NCBI GenBank assembly: GCA_016183565.1
Contig: JACPEJ010000001.1
Span: 422,479-486,478, forward strand
Source of the DNA: Candidatus Blackburnbacteria bacterium
GTDB taxonomy: Bacteria; Patescibacteriota; Microgenomatia; UBA8517; UBA10165
Length of the DNA stretch: 64,000 nt
Direction: 5' to 3'
Below, piece after piece: positions 47,058 through 55,605 of this stretch (position 1 is its first letter; each line of letters starts with the position of its first letter). The position numbers and the translations under genes were made by a program. The notes below the pieces were generated by a model. That model saw nothing but the letters and a program-made list of their open reading frames with translations. It was not told the DNA's origin and searched no databases.

Positions 47058-48218
47058 ATGGTAAGTAAAAGAAGTAAAAATGCTAGAAAAAGTAAGATCA
47101 TTCCCTTCGGGAATGGAAAAGAAGTAAAAATTGTTGTGACGGGGGGGCATGTTACTCCTGCCCTTGCGGCTTTGGAGGTGATTTATAAGCGTGGTTTTCA
47201 GATTTGTTGGATTGGGGAAAAATGGGCTGTTCAGGGACAGCGGGCGAAAACACTTGAGTATCATATTATCCCCAGCCTAGGAGTTCCGTTCCTTACTATT
47301 GTTTCAGCAAAATTTAATAGACGGGCAAGATTTGCAAGTTTGTTGTTGTCGTGGAAGCTTATAGTTGGGTTTGTTCAGAGTTTGGGTATTTTAGTAAAAA
47401 TTAGACCTCATGCTGTTTTGTCTTTTGGGAGTTATGTTTCAGTACCTGTTGCTCTTGCTGCGAAGCTTTTAGGGATACCAGTAGTTCTTCATGAACAGAC
47501 GGCTGCGGCTGGACTTGCTAATAAGATTGTTGCAAAAGTTTCGGATCGAGTGGCTATTTCTTTTGAAGCGAGTAAAAAACATTTTCCTTTTGGAAAAACC
47601 TTTTTGACTGGTAATCCGATAAGAAAAAGTGTTTTAAAGATAAAACATAGAAGCAGGATACCTTTGCAAAAACCTGTTTTATATGTGACAGGTGGGAGCA
47701 GAGGTGCTCAGGTTATAAATAATGCTGTTGTTGGGATTCTTCCAGAGCTTCTGGGCCTTTTTAAGATTTATCACCAAACAGGAGAGGTAGATTATGAGAA
47801 GATGGTTGGTATCAAAAGTTCTTTGAATCTTCAGTTGCAAAGAGATTATGAGGTTAGTGGAGTTTACGCTCCGGACAAGGTTGATGAAATTTTTTCGAAA
47901 GCTGATTTGATTATATCGAGGGCTGGAGCTAATACAGTTTTAGAGATTGCGGCAGTTGGTGTACCCGCGATTCTTATTCCAATTCCTTGGGTTGGGGCAA
48001 ATGAGCAGGAGAAGAATGCTAAAGTGCTTTCTGAGGTTACGGGGGCTGTGGTGATTCAACAGGAATCTTTGACTGGTGAGCTTTTGTTAAAGACCGTGAG
48101 AGATATTCTTTCTGACCTTCCTTCTTATAAGGAAAGAGCTTTGAGGGGGCGTGTTCTTGTTAAAGAGGATGCTGCGGAGAGGTTGGTGGATTTGGTTGTG
48201 GAGGTTATTGGGAGATGA
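47058..48218 (+). CDS. murG: UDP-GlcNAc:lipid I N-acetylglucosaminyltransferase MurG
   Basis: 'KIVVTGGHVTPALAALEV' (G-G-x-G-G-H-like) N-terminus with a GT28 fold. Confidence 0.85.
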   Translation: MVSKRSKNARKSKIIPFGNGKEVKIVVTGGHVTPALAALEVIYKRGFQICWIGEKWAVQGQRAKTLEYHIIPSLGVPFLTIVSAKFNRRARFASLLLSWKLIVGFVQSLGILVKIRPHAVLSFGSYVSVPVALAAKLLGIPVVLHEQTAAAGLANKIVAKVSDRVAISFEASKKHFPFGKTFLTGNPIRKSVLKIKHRSRIPLQKPVLYVTGGSRGAQVINNAVVGILPELLGLFKIYHQTGEVDYEKMVGIKSSLNLQLQRDYEVSGVYAPDKVDEIFSKADLIISRAGANTVLEIAAVGVPAILIPIPWVGANEQEKNAKVLSEVTGAVVIQQESLTGELLLKTVRDILSDLPSYKERALRGRVLVKEDAAERLVDLVVEVIGR

Positions 48219-48973
48219 AAAGAAAAGTATTATCACACGGTGGGCGGGGCAAGAATATATTAAAGCTGTTGATTTGTGTGGTTGTGGTGGGGTTGTTTTT
48301 CTTGCTGTGGAAGATTGAGGTTTGGTCAAAGTTGAGGGTTTTTCTTGAATCAAGGCGGGTATTTACTGTTAAATCCATAGAGTGTAAAAGTCAGTATGGA
48401 CCTTGTTTAGAGGAAGATATTAGTGTTACTCGGGGTTTTTTGGGTTCTAGTCTGCTTTTTCTTGATACTTCCCAAGTTTCGGTGGCGCTTTCGCGGAGTT
48501 TTAAGAACCGAAAGGTATATGTGCAGAAAGTGTTTCCTGGTACTTTGCAAATTGTGATAGAGAAAAGGAGAACGTTTGTGGCTGTTGGGAAGACTTCTTT
48601 TAAGGACGGTATTTTTTTGACTAGCCAGGATGGGATGGTGCTTTCAGAGGTTTACGATACGGCACTTCCGAAATTGTTCTTGGATGATACTTATTCTCTT
48701 CCAGTTGTCGGAGGGAGGTTGACGGATGAAGAAATTGTTGCTGCTAGGCTACTTTTTTTAACCTACAAAGTGCAAGGTGTTTTATTTGGGTCTTTTCATA
48801 AGGACTACGTGGAAGTTAAATTGGAAGATGGTTCTTTGGTCTATTACGGCTTAGATAAGGATCCACAGGTGCTTATAGGTGCTTTACAACTTATCATTGC
48901 CAGAAGTAAAATGGAGAACAAACTACCTAAGATTATTGACTTACGGTATAGTAATCCAGTATTAAGGTATTAG
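48215..48973 (+). CDS. ftsQ: Cell division protein FtsQ/DivIB-like (bitopic, POTRA)
   Basis: The single TM 'LLICVVVVGLFFLLW' plus periplasmic domain and its position between murG and ftsA match FtsQ. Confidence 0.55.
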   Translation: MKRKVLSHGGRGKNILKLLICVVVVGLFFLLWKIEVWSKLRVFLESRRVFTVKSIECKSQYGPCLEEDISVTRGFLGSSLLFLDTSQVSVALSRSFKNRKVYVQKVFPGTLQIVIEKRRTFVAVGKTSFKDGIFLTSQDGMVLSEVYDTALPKLFLDDTYSLPVVGGRLTDEEIVAARLLFLTYKVQGVLFGSFHKDYVEVKLEDGSLVYYGLDKDPQVLIGALQLIIARSKMENKLPKIIDLRYSNPVLRY

Positions 48974-48974
48974 A

Positions 48975-50279
48975 ATGGCTAGATCTAGAGTTGTTGCCGG
49001 AATTGATATAGGTTCTTCGAGAGTGGCAAGTCTTATTGCTCAGTATGATGATGTGGAGAACAAAATTAGTGTGTCTGGTGTAGGAACGGTCGCTTCACGA
49101 GGTATTAGAAAGGGACAAATTGTTGATATTGATGAGGCTGCTTCGGCGATAATAGAGTCTGTTGAACAGGCCGAGAGGATGGCTGGCTATTCTCTTGAAC
49201 GGGCATATGTAGCTATTAACGGTGGACATATTGATTCTCGAAATTCCAATGGTGTGGTTGCTGTTGCGGATCCTTCTGGGGAGATTTCTAGAACAGATGT
49301 AGATAGGGTTATTGATGCTGCTAGGGCTGTCTCTTTGCCGGAAGTGCGGGAGATTCTTCATGTTATTCCAAAAGAGTATAGGGTGGATAGTGAAACTCAG
49401 ATTAAAAATCCAGAGGGAATGAGTGGGGTAAGGCTTGAGGTTGAGACGCACCTTATTACCGGGTCTTCAATAGCAGTTAAAAACATTCAGAAAAGTGTTT
49501 CGGAGGTTGGGGTGGATGTGAGTGGTGTTGTTTTTACTGGGCTTGCTTCGGCTCATGCTGTTTTGACCGATACTGAGCGAGAGCTGGGAGTGGTTTTGGT
49601 TGACATTGGGGCTGGGACAACCTCTATTGTTGTTTATGTTGAGGGATCGCTTACTCACTCATTTGTGTTGCCGATAGGAGGTAAGAATGTAACTAATGAC
49701 ATTGCGGCGGGTTTGCGAGTTTCTTTGGATGAGGCGGAGAAGGTAAAGATTAGATTAGGGGAAAGGGGAACCCTTCGGCTTCGCTCAGGGCGAGAGGGGA
49801 AAGCGGAAAGGGGAAAAGATGAAGATGAAGAGCTTGAGTTTGGTAATTTAAACGATGACTTTTCGCAAAGGAAGGTGTCGGAGAAGACTTTAGTTGAGGG
49901 GATCATAAAACCTAGGCTTAATGAGATATTTACGATGGTTGGTATGAATTTAAGTGAGATGGGGGTTTTGGGAAAAACTCCGTCGGGTGTTGTTTTGACT
50001 GGTGGTGGGGCGCTTTGTATTGGGACGCCGGAGGCGGCGCGGCGGATGTTGTCTTTGCCTATGAGGGTTGGGAGTCCTACTGGGGTTGGGGGATTGGTTG
50101 AGGAGATAAGCACTCCAGCTTTTGCGGCAAGTGTTGGGCTTCTTATTTATGCAACTCAGGAGGGGGGTATTCCTGAGAGTAAATGGTCTCCTTCGGGGTT
50201 TATATCTAAGGTTCGCATCGGGGTTCCGAAGGGATTGGCAGGTCGTGCTTCAGATTTGATTAGGAAGATTTTGCCTTGA
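48975..50279 (+). CDS. ftsA: Cell division protein FtsA
   Basis: 'VVAGIDIGSSRVASLIAQ' actin-fold N-terminus, plus a Lys/Glu/Asp-rich insertion 'GKAERGKDEDEELEF'. Confidence 0.9.
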   Translation: MARSRVVAGIDIGSSRVASLIAQYDDVENKISVSGVGTVASRGIRKGQIVDIDEAASAIIESVEQAERMAGYSLERAYVAINGGHIDSRNSNGVVAVADPSGEISRTDVDRVIDAARAVSLPEVREILHVIPKEYRVDSETQIKNPEGMSGVRLEVETHLITGSSIAVKNIQKSVSEVGVDVSGVVFTGLASAHAVLTDTERELGVVLVDIGAGTTSIVVYVEGSLTHSFVLPIGGKNVTNDIAAGLRVSLDEAEKVKIRLGERGTLRLRSGREGKAERGKDEDEELEFGNLNDDFSQRKVSEKTLVEGIIKPRLNEIFTMVGMNLSEMGVLGKTPSGVVLTGGGALCIGTPEAARRMLSLPMRVGSPTGVGGLVEEISTPAFAASVGLLIYATQEGGIPESKWSPSGFISKVRIGVPKGLAGRASDLIRKILP

Positions 50280-50288
50280 CCCTTTTTC

Positions 50289-50325
50289 TCTTGACAAAGA
50301 GCCTTGTAGTTTGTGCTATAGTGTA
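50289..50325 (+). promoter_or_regulatory. Promoter/RBS module 'cttgacaaagag(c/t)cttgtagttt(g/a)tg(c/a)tatagtgtaag ... aaagctctttgaaaaggagg', duplicated at 59858-59929
   Basis: There is a near-identical 70-nt block at both locations. Confidence 0.5.
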
Positions 50326-50366
50326 AGTGGAGGTTCAATTAAAGCTCTTTGAAAAGGAGGTTGAGC

Positions 50367-50810
50367 GTGGACGCGGGTGTAGCTCTCCTGGTTGTTGGTA
50401 TTCTCCTGCTTGTTGTGGGTGGGTATCAACTGTTACCTCAAGCGCCGTTCGCAGCATACAGGCTTGCTGCAGCGGAGGGGTTTCTTCTTCTACTCGTAGG
50501 TTTGGGTGTAGTGGTTCAACAAAGGAGGATGGCTGTTGTGACAAAGGAAGGCGCTACTGGTTGGCTGGTTGTTGGTGTCATCCTTGCCTTGGTGGGAGTC
50601 CTGGTGTTTATATCACAAGGAGGTGCGGTCGGTGAGTGCCAGACGTTTTTCGGCCAACTTGGGAGAGCGTTGAGTGCTGAGGTTCAACAGCGCTGCAGTA
50701 CAGCAAACCTCCTCCGGACTGTCGGCGGAGTTGTAGCTGTCGGCGGTTTCATCGTCACCCTTGTAGGCATTGTGTGGCTAGCAGCTTCCAGTTCATTAAA
50801 AAGCGCATGA
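50367..50810 (+). CDS. Small polytopic membrane protein with an internal repeat (GTG start). It equals a fusion of the two ORFs at 60458-60688 and 60695-60976.
   Basis: Four Gly/Val/Leu-rich TM segments; the halves align to 'MGAMLLAVGIILLVVGGYQL' and 'VVVTKEGATGWLVVG...' of the second copy. An RBS 'aaaggagg' lies 6 nt upstream of the GTG. Confidence 0.55.
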   Translation: MDAGVALLVVGILLLVVGGYQLLPQAPFAAYRLAAAEGFLLLLVGLGVVVQQRRMAVVTKEGATGWLVVGVILALVGVLVFISQGGAVGECQTFFGQLGRALSAEVQQRCSTANLLRTVGGVVAVGGFIVTLVGIVWLAASSSLKSA

Positions 50811-50833
50811 TGCCGATTGGGGTTTCGTGTTCT

Positions 50834-50905
50834 TAAGGCCACTGATTCCGGTAATGTATTTGCCAATTGGCAAGTGCTCAAAGGTCAGTGGCCTTCTCTC
50901 TTTGC
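50834..50905 (+). terminator. Hairpin (aaggccactga...tcagtggcctt) followed by a T-rich tract
   Basis: 11-nt perfect inverted repeat, then 'ctctctttgctttaatctttt'. Confidence 0.4.
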
Positions 50906-50987
50906 TTTAATCTTTTACGCTTGCAAGGGGACGCCTTATAAGGCTGGGGATATGGAGGAAGTGATTTTGTTTGTTTGACGATCAGCC

Positions 50988-51335
50988 CTAAGTACGATTT
51001 ATCAAGCCAATTATAAGTATGAGGCTGGTGTAAATTACATATACCCAAAAGCTGAATTTCAAAAAGCTCCAGACAGCAGAAGCCTTTTTATTGATTAATC
51101 TTCTTATTAGGGTGAGAAGTATTGGAAGAGGTAGTAGAGCCAAGGCGAATGCCAAGCCTGCTTGGTATGGTTCCACTCCCACAGGAAACGCAAGACCTGC
51201 GATTATGGCCAGTGATAAATACGAAGCAATGATCAGGAGTAAGAAGAGTGCTAAGTTAATCAAGAATCTTACGAAGTTGTCGCTTAGCGTTGTGTTCATT
51301 TTTGTCAAGGGTATGGTATTTCCTAATATTATCAT
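50988..51335 (-). CDS. Hypothetical small membrane protein (3 TM)
   Basis: 115-aa ORF, mostly hydrophobic helices, on the same strand as and downstream of the ECF sigma gene. Confidence 0.35.
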   Translation of the reverse strand: MIILGNTIPLTKMNTTLSDNFVRFLINLALFLLLIIASYLSLAIIAGLAFPVGVEPYQAGLAFALALLPLPILLTLIRRLINKKASAVWSFLKFSFWVYVIYTSLILIIGLINRT

Positions 51336-51380
51336 GTTCTCGAAAGTATTGCAGAAAAAGTCGGATTGAAAAGAAGAATA

Positions 51381-51650
51381 CTTGACACAGAGTTACGTCA
51401 TCGCGTAAAACGAATCAGAATTTGTTTTCAACTGCGTATAAAATGTGTCGAGTGTTGGCGTGTTTGAGTGGCTACCTGTCTCGACTGGCCTGTCTCGTTT
51501 GGTGCAAGCCAAGGTGGACTCCCGAGGTGCAAACCTATTCCACCTCCCAGGTGGAAGATTGTAAGAGTGAGCTTGGTGGTGGGTCGTATACCAAAGGTGT
51601 CAAGCTAATCCACCTCTAAGGTGTCCAAAAGGTGTGCTTGATATACCTTC
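51381..51650. repeat. Cluster of compound REP-like palindromes: a 'cttgacacag...ctgtgtcaag' hairpin, 'gttggcgtg...cactcccgaggtgcaaac', 'attccacctcccaggtggaa', and 'ggtgtcaagctaatccacctctaaggtg'
   Basis: The same modules recur at 53807-53960, 57431-57550, 58664-58765, 59768-59812 and 61105-61152. Confidence 0.6.
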
Positions 51651-52168
51651 TTAAAAGCAAGTTTTGCCCGGTAGAGCCGTCCCTCTATTGCCTTCTCGCT
51701 AACACCCAAAAGCCTCGCTATTTTTTTTAGAGTGAGGTTTTCCCAATATCTGAGGTAAAGTAGTTGCTGCTTATTCGGTGGAAGCAAATTAAAGCATATT
51801 CTTACACTTGCCCTAAGTTCATCAAGTGCCAGTTTTTCCTCAAAAGATAAATCAGTCGTCCCAACTTGGGCAATTTTTTCCAAAACCGGAGCTACAACAA
51901 ACGAATTTTTGTTTACCTGACTTCTGTAATAATCAGCAGTTTTGTTTAATGCAATCCGGCACAACCAAGTAAAATAGCTGCTTTTATTTTTAAATGTATG
52001 CCAACCATGCCATGCCGAGGCCACAGTTTCTGCGAATACTTCCTCAGCAGCTGAGTAATCACCACCCATTTTTTTAAGCAAGAATTTCATTAACGGCAAA
52101 GCAAATTTTCTATACGCTGCTTCAAAATTTTCGTTCTCAAAAGTTTTGATCCGTGGGGTTTTGCTCAT
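51605..52168 (-). CDS. ECF (sigma-24 / RpoE-like) RNA polymerase sigma factor
   Basis: Region 2 'FAETVASAWHGWHTFKNKSSYFTWLCRIALNKTADYYR' and region 4 'LPPNKQQLLYLRYWENLTLKKIARLLGVSEKAIEGRLYRAKLAF'. Start trimmed to MSKTPRIK. Confidence 0.8.
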   Translation of the reverse strand: MSKTPRIKTFENENFEAAYRKFALPLMKFLLKKMGGDYSAAEEVFAETVASAWHGWHTFKNKSSYFTWLCRIALNKTADYYRSQVNKNSFVVAPVLEKIAQVGTTDLSFEEKLALDELRASVRICFNLLPPNKQQLLYLRYWENLTLKKIARLLGVSEKAIEGRLYRAKLAFKKVYQAHLLDTLEVD

Positions 52169-52208
52169 GTACACGACTAATAAAATAATGACAGACAACA
52201 AGTAGTAT

Positions 52209-52655
52209 ATGGTCATTTTAAGAAAAATTGCAATTACAAGTTCGGATACAGTCCCTGAATTTATTGACATAACAAATCGTGTTGAGGAAGAGGTGGGCAA
52301 AAGTGGCATAAAGATTGGGCAGGCTCTAATTTTTTCTCAGCATACGACTGCAGCAATTGTTATTCAAGAGCCAGAGCCAGGTGTACAAAAAGACTTGCAG
52401 GAATTACTTTCTAAAATAGCTCCTAAAAATGGGGACTATAAACATACGTTTGCTCCAGATCATATAAAAGACGGAATGCCAAATGCACACTCTCACTGCC
52501 AACATGCCTTACTTGGCGCATCGCAAACAATACCGATTGTTGATGGACAACTAATGCTTGGTCAGTACCAGAGGATATTTTTGGTAGAACTTGACCGCTC
52601 GCGGGTAAGATTTGTAATCATTCAGATCTTGGGAGATATGAAGCAGTCTTCTTAA
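52209..52655 (+). CDS. YjbQ/UPF0047-family protein (secondary thiamine-phosphate synthase-like)
   Basis: 'ITSSDTVPEFIDITNRV...ALIFSQHTTAAIVIQE...DGMPNAHSHCQHALLGASQTIPIVDGQLMLGQYQRIFLVELD' matches the UPF0047 pattern. Confidence 0.8.
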   Translation: MVILRKIAITSSDTVPEFIDITNRVEEEVGKSGIKIGQALIFSQHTTAAIVIQEPEPGVQKDLQELLSKIAPKNGDYKHTFAPDHIKDGMPNAHSHCQHALLGASQTIPIVDGQLMLGQYQRIFLVELDRSRVRFVIIQILGDMKQSS

Positions 52656-52670
52656 CAGACACAGCTAGAC

Positions 52671-52703
52671 ATAGCCTCGCAAGGTCTCACCTTGCGAGGC
52701 TAT
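52671..52703 (+). terminator. 14-bp perfect stem hairpin 'atagcctcgcaagg-tctca-ccttgcgaggctat'
   Basis: It lies immediately after the yjbQ stop. A related hairpin occurs at 57567-57594, with partial copies at 50921-50940 and 5370-5409. Confidence 0.5.
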
Positions 52704-52788
52704 GTGTATTAGTGTGTATTACAGTGTTAAATAGAATCACTCGGTCTTGACAGAGGGGTGGGGGTTGAATTGAATATTTGCGCTTCAA

Positions 52789-53014
52789 TGATATACTTCT
52801 ATCAGAAGACAGACGGGCTGTCTTTGAGTACTTTAACGTTAGTAGGAAGGGGGTGATGCCCAAAAGAGAGTTTGCCTCTTTTCCCTGCATTGGGCAGGAA
52901 GTGGTTGTGTTTGGTCTGAAAGATCCAGAGCTTGGAGAGAAGTCGACAGACTGGGCACAGCCAGAGGCCTTGGGTTAATAACCCTGTTCAACCTAGACTC
53001 AAGGAGTTAGGGAA
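52789..53014 (+). promoter_or_regulatory. Conserved ~225-nt 5' leader (copy 1). It starts with an extended -10 'tgatatact' and contains hairpins that vary compensatorily between copies.
   Basis: Paralogous leaders at 53985-54186, 55606-55845 and 57648-57875 share blocks 'ttgacgttag..ggaagg.ggtg.t.cccaa.agag...tctcttttcctgcattgggcaggaa.tgg...gtcgaca...gggttaa.aaccct'. Reading frames are not conserved between copies, so conservation is at the RNA level. Confidence 0.5.
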
Positions 53015-53293
53015 ATGTCTGACAGGGACAGTGATCGCTCGAGTGATCGGGACCGTGGTGGTGACCGGGACAGGGACCGTGGCCAGGAGAGAAGTGGAGA
53101 TATCTACGTGTCCGATATTACCGGTAACGCTGGTAACCAGGAAGGCACAACGTCATTTCGCGACGACGGGTCTTCCCACACCAGCGTACACGGAACAGGT
53201 GACAACTCCGGCTGGCATACCTCGTGGGGTACGTCGGATCGCCACAGCGACAGGCACCACACCAAGGACCACCAAGCCGACCGATACCTATAG
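53015..53293 (+). CDS. Small Asp/Arg/Ser/Gly-rich low-complexity protein (paralog family, copy 1)
   Basis: Protein begins 'MSDRDSDRSSDRDRGGDRDRDRG...'. RBS 'aaggag' lies 8 nt upstream. Differences from the 57876 paralog are mostly synonymous, arguing for real translation. Confidence 0.65.
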   Translation: MSDRDSDRSSDRDRGGDRDRDRGQERSGDIYVSDITGNAGNQEGTTSFRDDGSSHTSVHGTGDNSGWHTSWGTSDRHSDRHHTKDHQADRYL

Positions 53294-53319
53294 GTAGGTA
53301 GCTAGACCTGCAGATCCCA

Positions 53320-53365
53320 GAGGGAAGGAGAGCGTAACGCACCATCATTACAACCTCTCCTTCCC
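53320..53365 (+). other. Intergenic hairpin 'agggaaggagag...ctctccttcccc' (12-bp perfect stem) between the DR-rich gene and its helical partner gene
   Basis: Direct reading of the sequence. An analogous hairpin sits at 58204-58272 in the paralogous cassette. Confidence 0.45.
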
Positions 53366-53382
53366 CGACTTAATTTATTCTT

Positions 53383-53769
53383 ATGAAGTCAACCAGCACA
53401 AGAACACCTCTTGAAAATTTTTATTGGAAATACTTAAGAAGCGCTCTAAGGGATTCGAAAACCTTTTCATCTGAAGATGTCACTAAAATATTTTTGAGAG
53501 CCCTTAAAGACTATTTTGTTGGCAAAGCTGAACTTAAAGACGTTAGTATGATAGCAACACAACTATATTACGAAATCCGTGACCCCTTGAGCTTCGGTTA
53601 TCACCACCGTGAATTGGGCAATGCTCTAGAAACCGCAACAGAAATTGATTATGTGTACGGGCATATAAATGAAAGTGAAAAAGCCAGAGAGGAATATGAG
53701 GAGCAACTTGCAAGCTTGAGGGAATTTTATTCTAAGTACAAACACTTAATTGAAAAGGTTGGTAAGTAG
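53383..53769 (+). CDS. Hypothetical ~127-aa alpha-helical protein (paralog family A; partner of the DR-rich protein)
   Basis: Shares 'IFLRALKDYFVGKAELKDVSMIATQLYYEI' with 58284-58664 and 59223-59624. Start context is 'tatgaagtc'. Confidence 0.6.
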   Translation: MKSTSTRTPLENFYWKYLRSALRDSKTFSSEDVTKIFLRALKDYFVGKAELKDVSMIATQLYYEIRDPLSFGYHHRELGNALETATEIDYVYGHINESEKAREEYEEQLASLREFYSKYKHLIEKVGK

Positions 53770-53806
53770 AGGCATTAGCGGAAAGTAAGCAATTACCTTT
53801 TTCTTG

Positions 53807-53960
53807 CTTGATACAAAGTTACGTCATCGCGTAAAACAAATCAGAATTTGTTTTCAACTGCGTATAAAACTGTGTCAAGTGTTGGTGTGTTCGAGCGACC
53901 ACTCCCGAGGTGCCAACTTAATCCACCTCTAAGGTGTCCAGAAAAGGTGTCCAGAAATAT
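53807..53960. repeat. Compound REP-like cluster (same modules as 51381-51650)
   Basis: 'cttgatacaaagttacgtcatcgcgtaaaac...ctgtgtcaagtgttggtgtgttcgagcgaccactcccgaggtgccaacttaatccacctctaaggtgtccag'. Confidence 0.6.
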
Positions 53961-53984
53961 CGAATTACTTGGCCTTGACAGAAA

Positions 53985-54186
53985 TGATATACTTCTTTTA
54001 GAAGGCAGATGATCTGTCTTTGGGCACCTTGACGTTAGTCGGAAGGAGGTGGTACCCAAGAGAGATAGTGTCTCTTTTTCCTGCATTGGGCAGGAACTGG
54101 CTAGGTTTTAGGTTGAGGTCGACAACTTAGGGCTTAGTTGGTAATCCTAGGGTTAACAACCCTACTTGCCCCTTACGAGGTAGATA
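53985..54186 (+). promoter_or_regulatory. Conserved structured 5' leader (copy 2)
   Basis: See 52789-53014. Confidence 0.5.
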
Positions 54187-54495
54187 ATGCCTGATCGGGA
54201 TCGCTCCAGCGACCGCGGTGGTCGGGATTCTGACAGTGGGAGCCGTAGCGGCGATGTCTACTCCTCTGATTTTGCCGATCGTGGTGACTACGAGAGGCAG
54301 GATGGTGGAGTGAGTTTCAGCCGAGATGGTTCGTCAACCCACAACACCGCTGCGGCCAGCAATCCCAGCGAAGACGACAAGGGTGGCCGCTTTAGCTGGG
54401 ACACCGACAGGTACGGTAGAGTTTCCGACCCACACTTTACCGACCAGAACGCAGGGCGGCACGACCGAGACCGCCATCCATTCGGGGATAGGTAG
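54187..54495 (+). CDS. Small Asp/Arg/Ser/Gly-rich low-complexity protein (copy 2)
   Basis: 'MPDRDRSSDRGGRDSDSG...DKGGRFSWDTDRYG...RHDRDRHPFGDR' shares the KGG...(F/I)SWDxD motif with copies 4 and 5. Confidence 0.6.
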   Translation: MPDRDRSSDRGGRDSDSGSRSGDVYSSDFADRGDYERQDGGVSFSRDGSSTHNTAAASNPSEDDKGGRFSWDTDRYGRVSDPHFTDQNAGRHDRDRHPFGDR

Positions 54496-54617
54496 GTCAA
54501 GATCGCGCCGGATTACACTGTGTGATGGCTTGGGGGAGATTGGGATGTCCAATGTGGCCGTCGTACCGCCAAACGACACAAAAACCCAGTCTCCCCCTTC
54601 CACCAAAGATCACTTAG

Positions 54618-54637
54618 TTCACCTCTAAGGTGTCTGA
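54618..54637. repeat. REP-like core 'gttcacctctaaggtgtctg'
   Basis: Member of the dispersed family. Confidence 0.5.
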
Positions 54638-54638
54638 A

Positions 54639-55457
54639 TTAACTCCAAACAACATATCCGTGTGTGATTTTTACTTTATAGACTATGTCTTTAATTTGTT
54701 TTGTTAAAAATTCATATTCTAAATAATCATGACTTTTGCCTTCAATTTCCATGAAGGCGTATCCAACTCTTTTATTATTTTGTAAATATTGCTTGAGTTC
54801 ATCGGAGGAATAAACAGGATCGTTTTTATGTTGGATGTAAAGAGTATAAATGTTATATTTTTGGATCCAGTCATCCACAGCAAAATCATTTTTCCTTACC
54901 CCTCTAATTGGAGTTCCGACAAAAATACATTTGTCTGGTTTGATAGCCCCTTCAAATACTCCCCTCATAGTCAGTAAAGTGCCAGCAGACTTTGCAAAAA
55001 TAATATAGTTTTTCCTGTCTTTTACAAACTCGCTCAATTTATTTAATTCATAATCAAAATCTATTATCTCTTTTCCAGTTTCCCAATGTTTATAATAGTG
55101 AACATAAGTGTCTGGAAAAACTGGTTTTACTTTCTTTTCTATTTTCTCTATCCAACTTTTATTTTTTAGACTATTTCCTCCAAGTAAAATTATTGAAAAT
55201 CTCTTGTCTGGATATTTTGCCTTTTCGTATTTTTTGATAATTCTTTCTACATAATCTGTCTCAGGAACATTTGGAAACTTATCAACTATCTCAAGAGGCA
55301 TAAGATAACGATAATATTTATCACCTTCGTCAATAATAAGTCCCCACCCCCTACCAAAAACATTTACTTTCTTTCTAATTTGCAAAGCCCATTCATAAAC
55401 CTTTTTAAGAGGAACTCTTTTTAATTTTCCAATTTGACCAACTGTTAAAAGTTTCAT
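54639..55457 (-). CDS. Hypothetical protein, possible alpha/beta-hydrolase-like. The gene is AT-rich (Lys-rich) and may be cargo.
   Basis: 272 aa. 'IIFAKSAGTLLTMRG' (G/A-x-S-x-G-like) and a C-terminal 'KSHDY' suggest a serine hydrolase. Codon usage is much more AT-rich than the flanking DR-rich genes. Confidence 0.4.
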   Translation of the reverse strand: MKLLTVGQIGKLKRVPLKKVYEWALQIRKKVNVFGRGWGLIIDEGDKYYRYLMPLEIVDKFPNVPETDYVERIIKKYEKAKYPDKRFSIILLGGNSLKNKSWIEKIEKKVKPVFPDTYVHYYKHWETGKEIIDFDYELNKLSEFVKDRKNYIIFAKSAGTLLTMRGVFEGAIKPDKCIFVGTPIRGVRKNDFAVDDWIQKYNIYTLYIQHKNDPVYSSDELKQYLQNNKRVGYAFMEIEGKSHDYLEYEFLTKQIKDIVYKVKITHGYVVWS

Positions 55458-55550
55458 ATCGTCAAATAGGCAGGCGTCGGACTTGGACCGCCACTTTAAG
55501 AAAGGCTCTTTTTCACCTGCCTATTTGCATTTTAATACAAATTCACAAGT

Positions 55551-55600
55551 ATGCCAACCTAATCCACCTCTAAGGTGTCTAGACCTCTAAGGTGTCTAGA
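55551..55600. repeat. Tandem REP-like cores 'aatccacctctaaggtgtctagacctctaaggtgtctag'
   Basis: Direct reading of the sequence. Confidence 0.55.
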
Positions 55601-55605
55601 TAATA

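Noticed and set aside
50327-50635. Alternative-frame ORFs over the duplicated membrane-protein genes (e.g. 50327-50635, 60442-60801)
   Set aside because: The frame encoding Gly/Val/Leu-rich TM helices is conserved between the two copies, each with an RBS. These alternative frames give Cys- and Trp-rich, improbable proteins.
51480-51530. tRNA-like T-arm motif 'gtgttcgagcggcc' in the REP modules
   Set aside because: No acceptor stem, D-arm or anticodon-arm geometry could be assembled around it. It recurs as part of the repeat family.
51422-51619. 65-aa ORF 'MFSTAYKMCRVLACLSG...'
   Set aside because: It lies entirely within the compound REP-like repeat cluster. The same DNA recurs at four or more sites in varying frames, it has no RBS, and its composition is Cys- and Trp-rich in a way typical of repeat-derived ORFs.
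52778-52978. 66-aa ORF inside leader copy 1, with SD 'ggaaggggg' and an ATG
   Set aside because: The equivalent region in leader copies 2-4 has indels that shift or destroy the frame. Conservation is therefore at the nucleotide and RNA level and the ORF is incidental.
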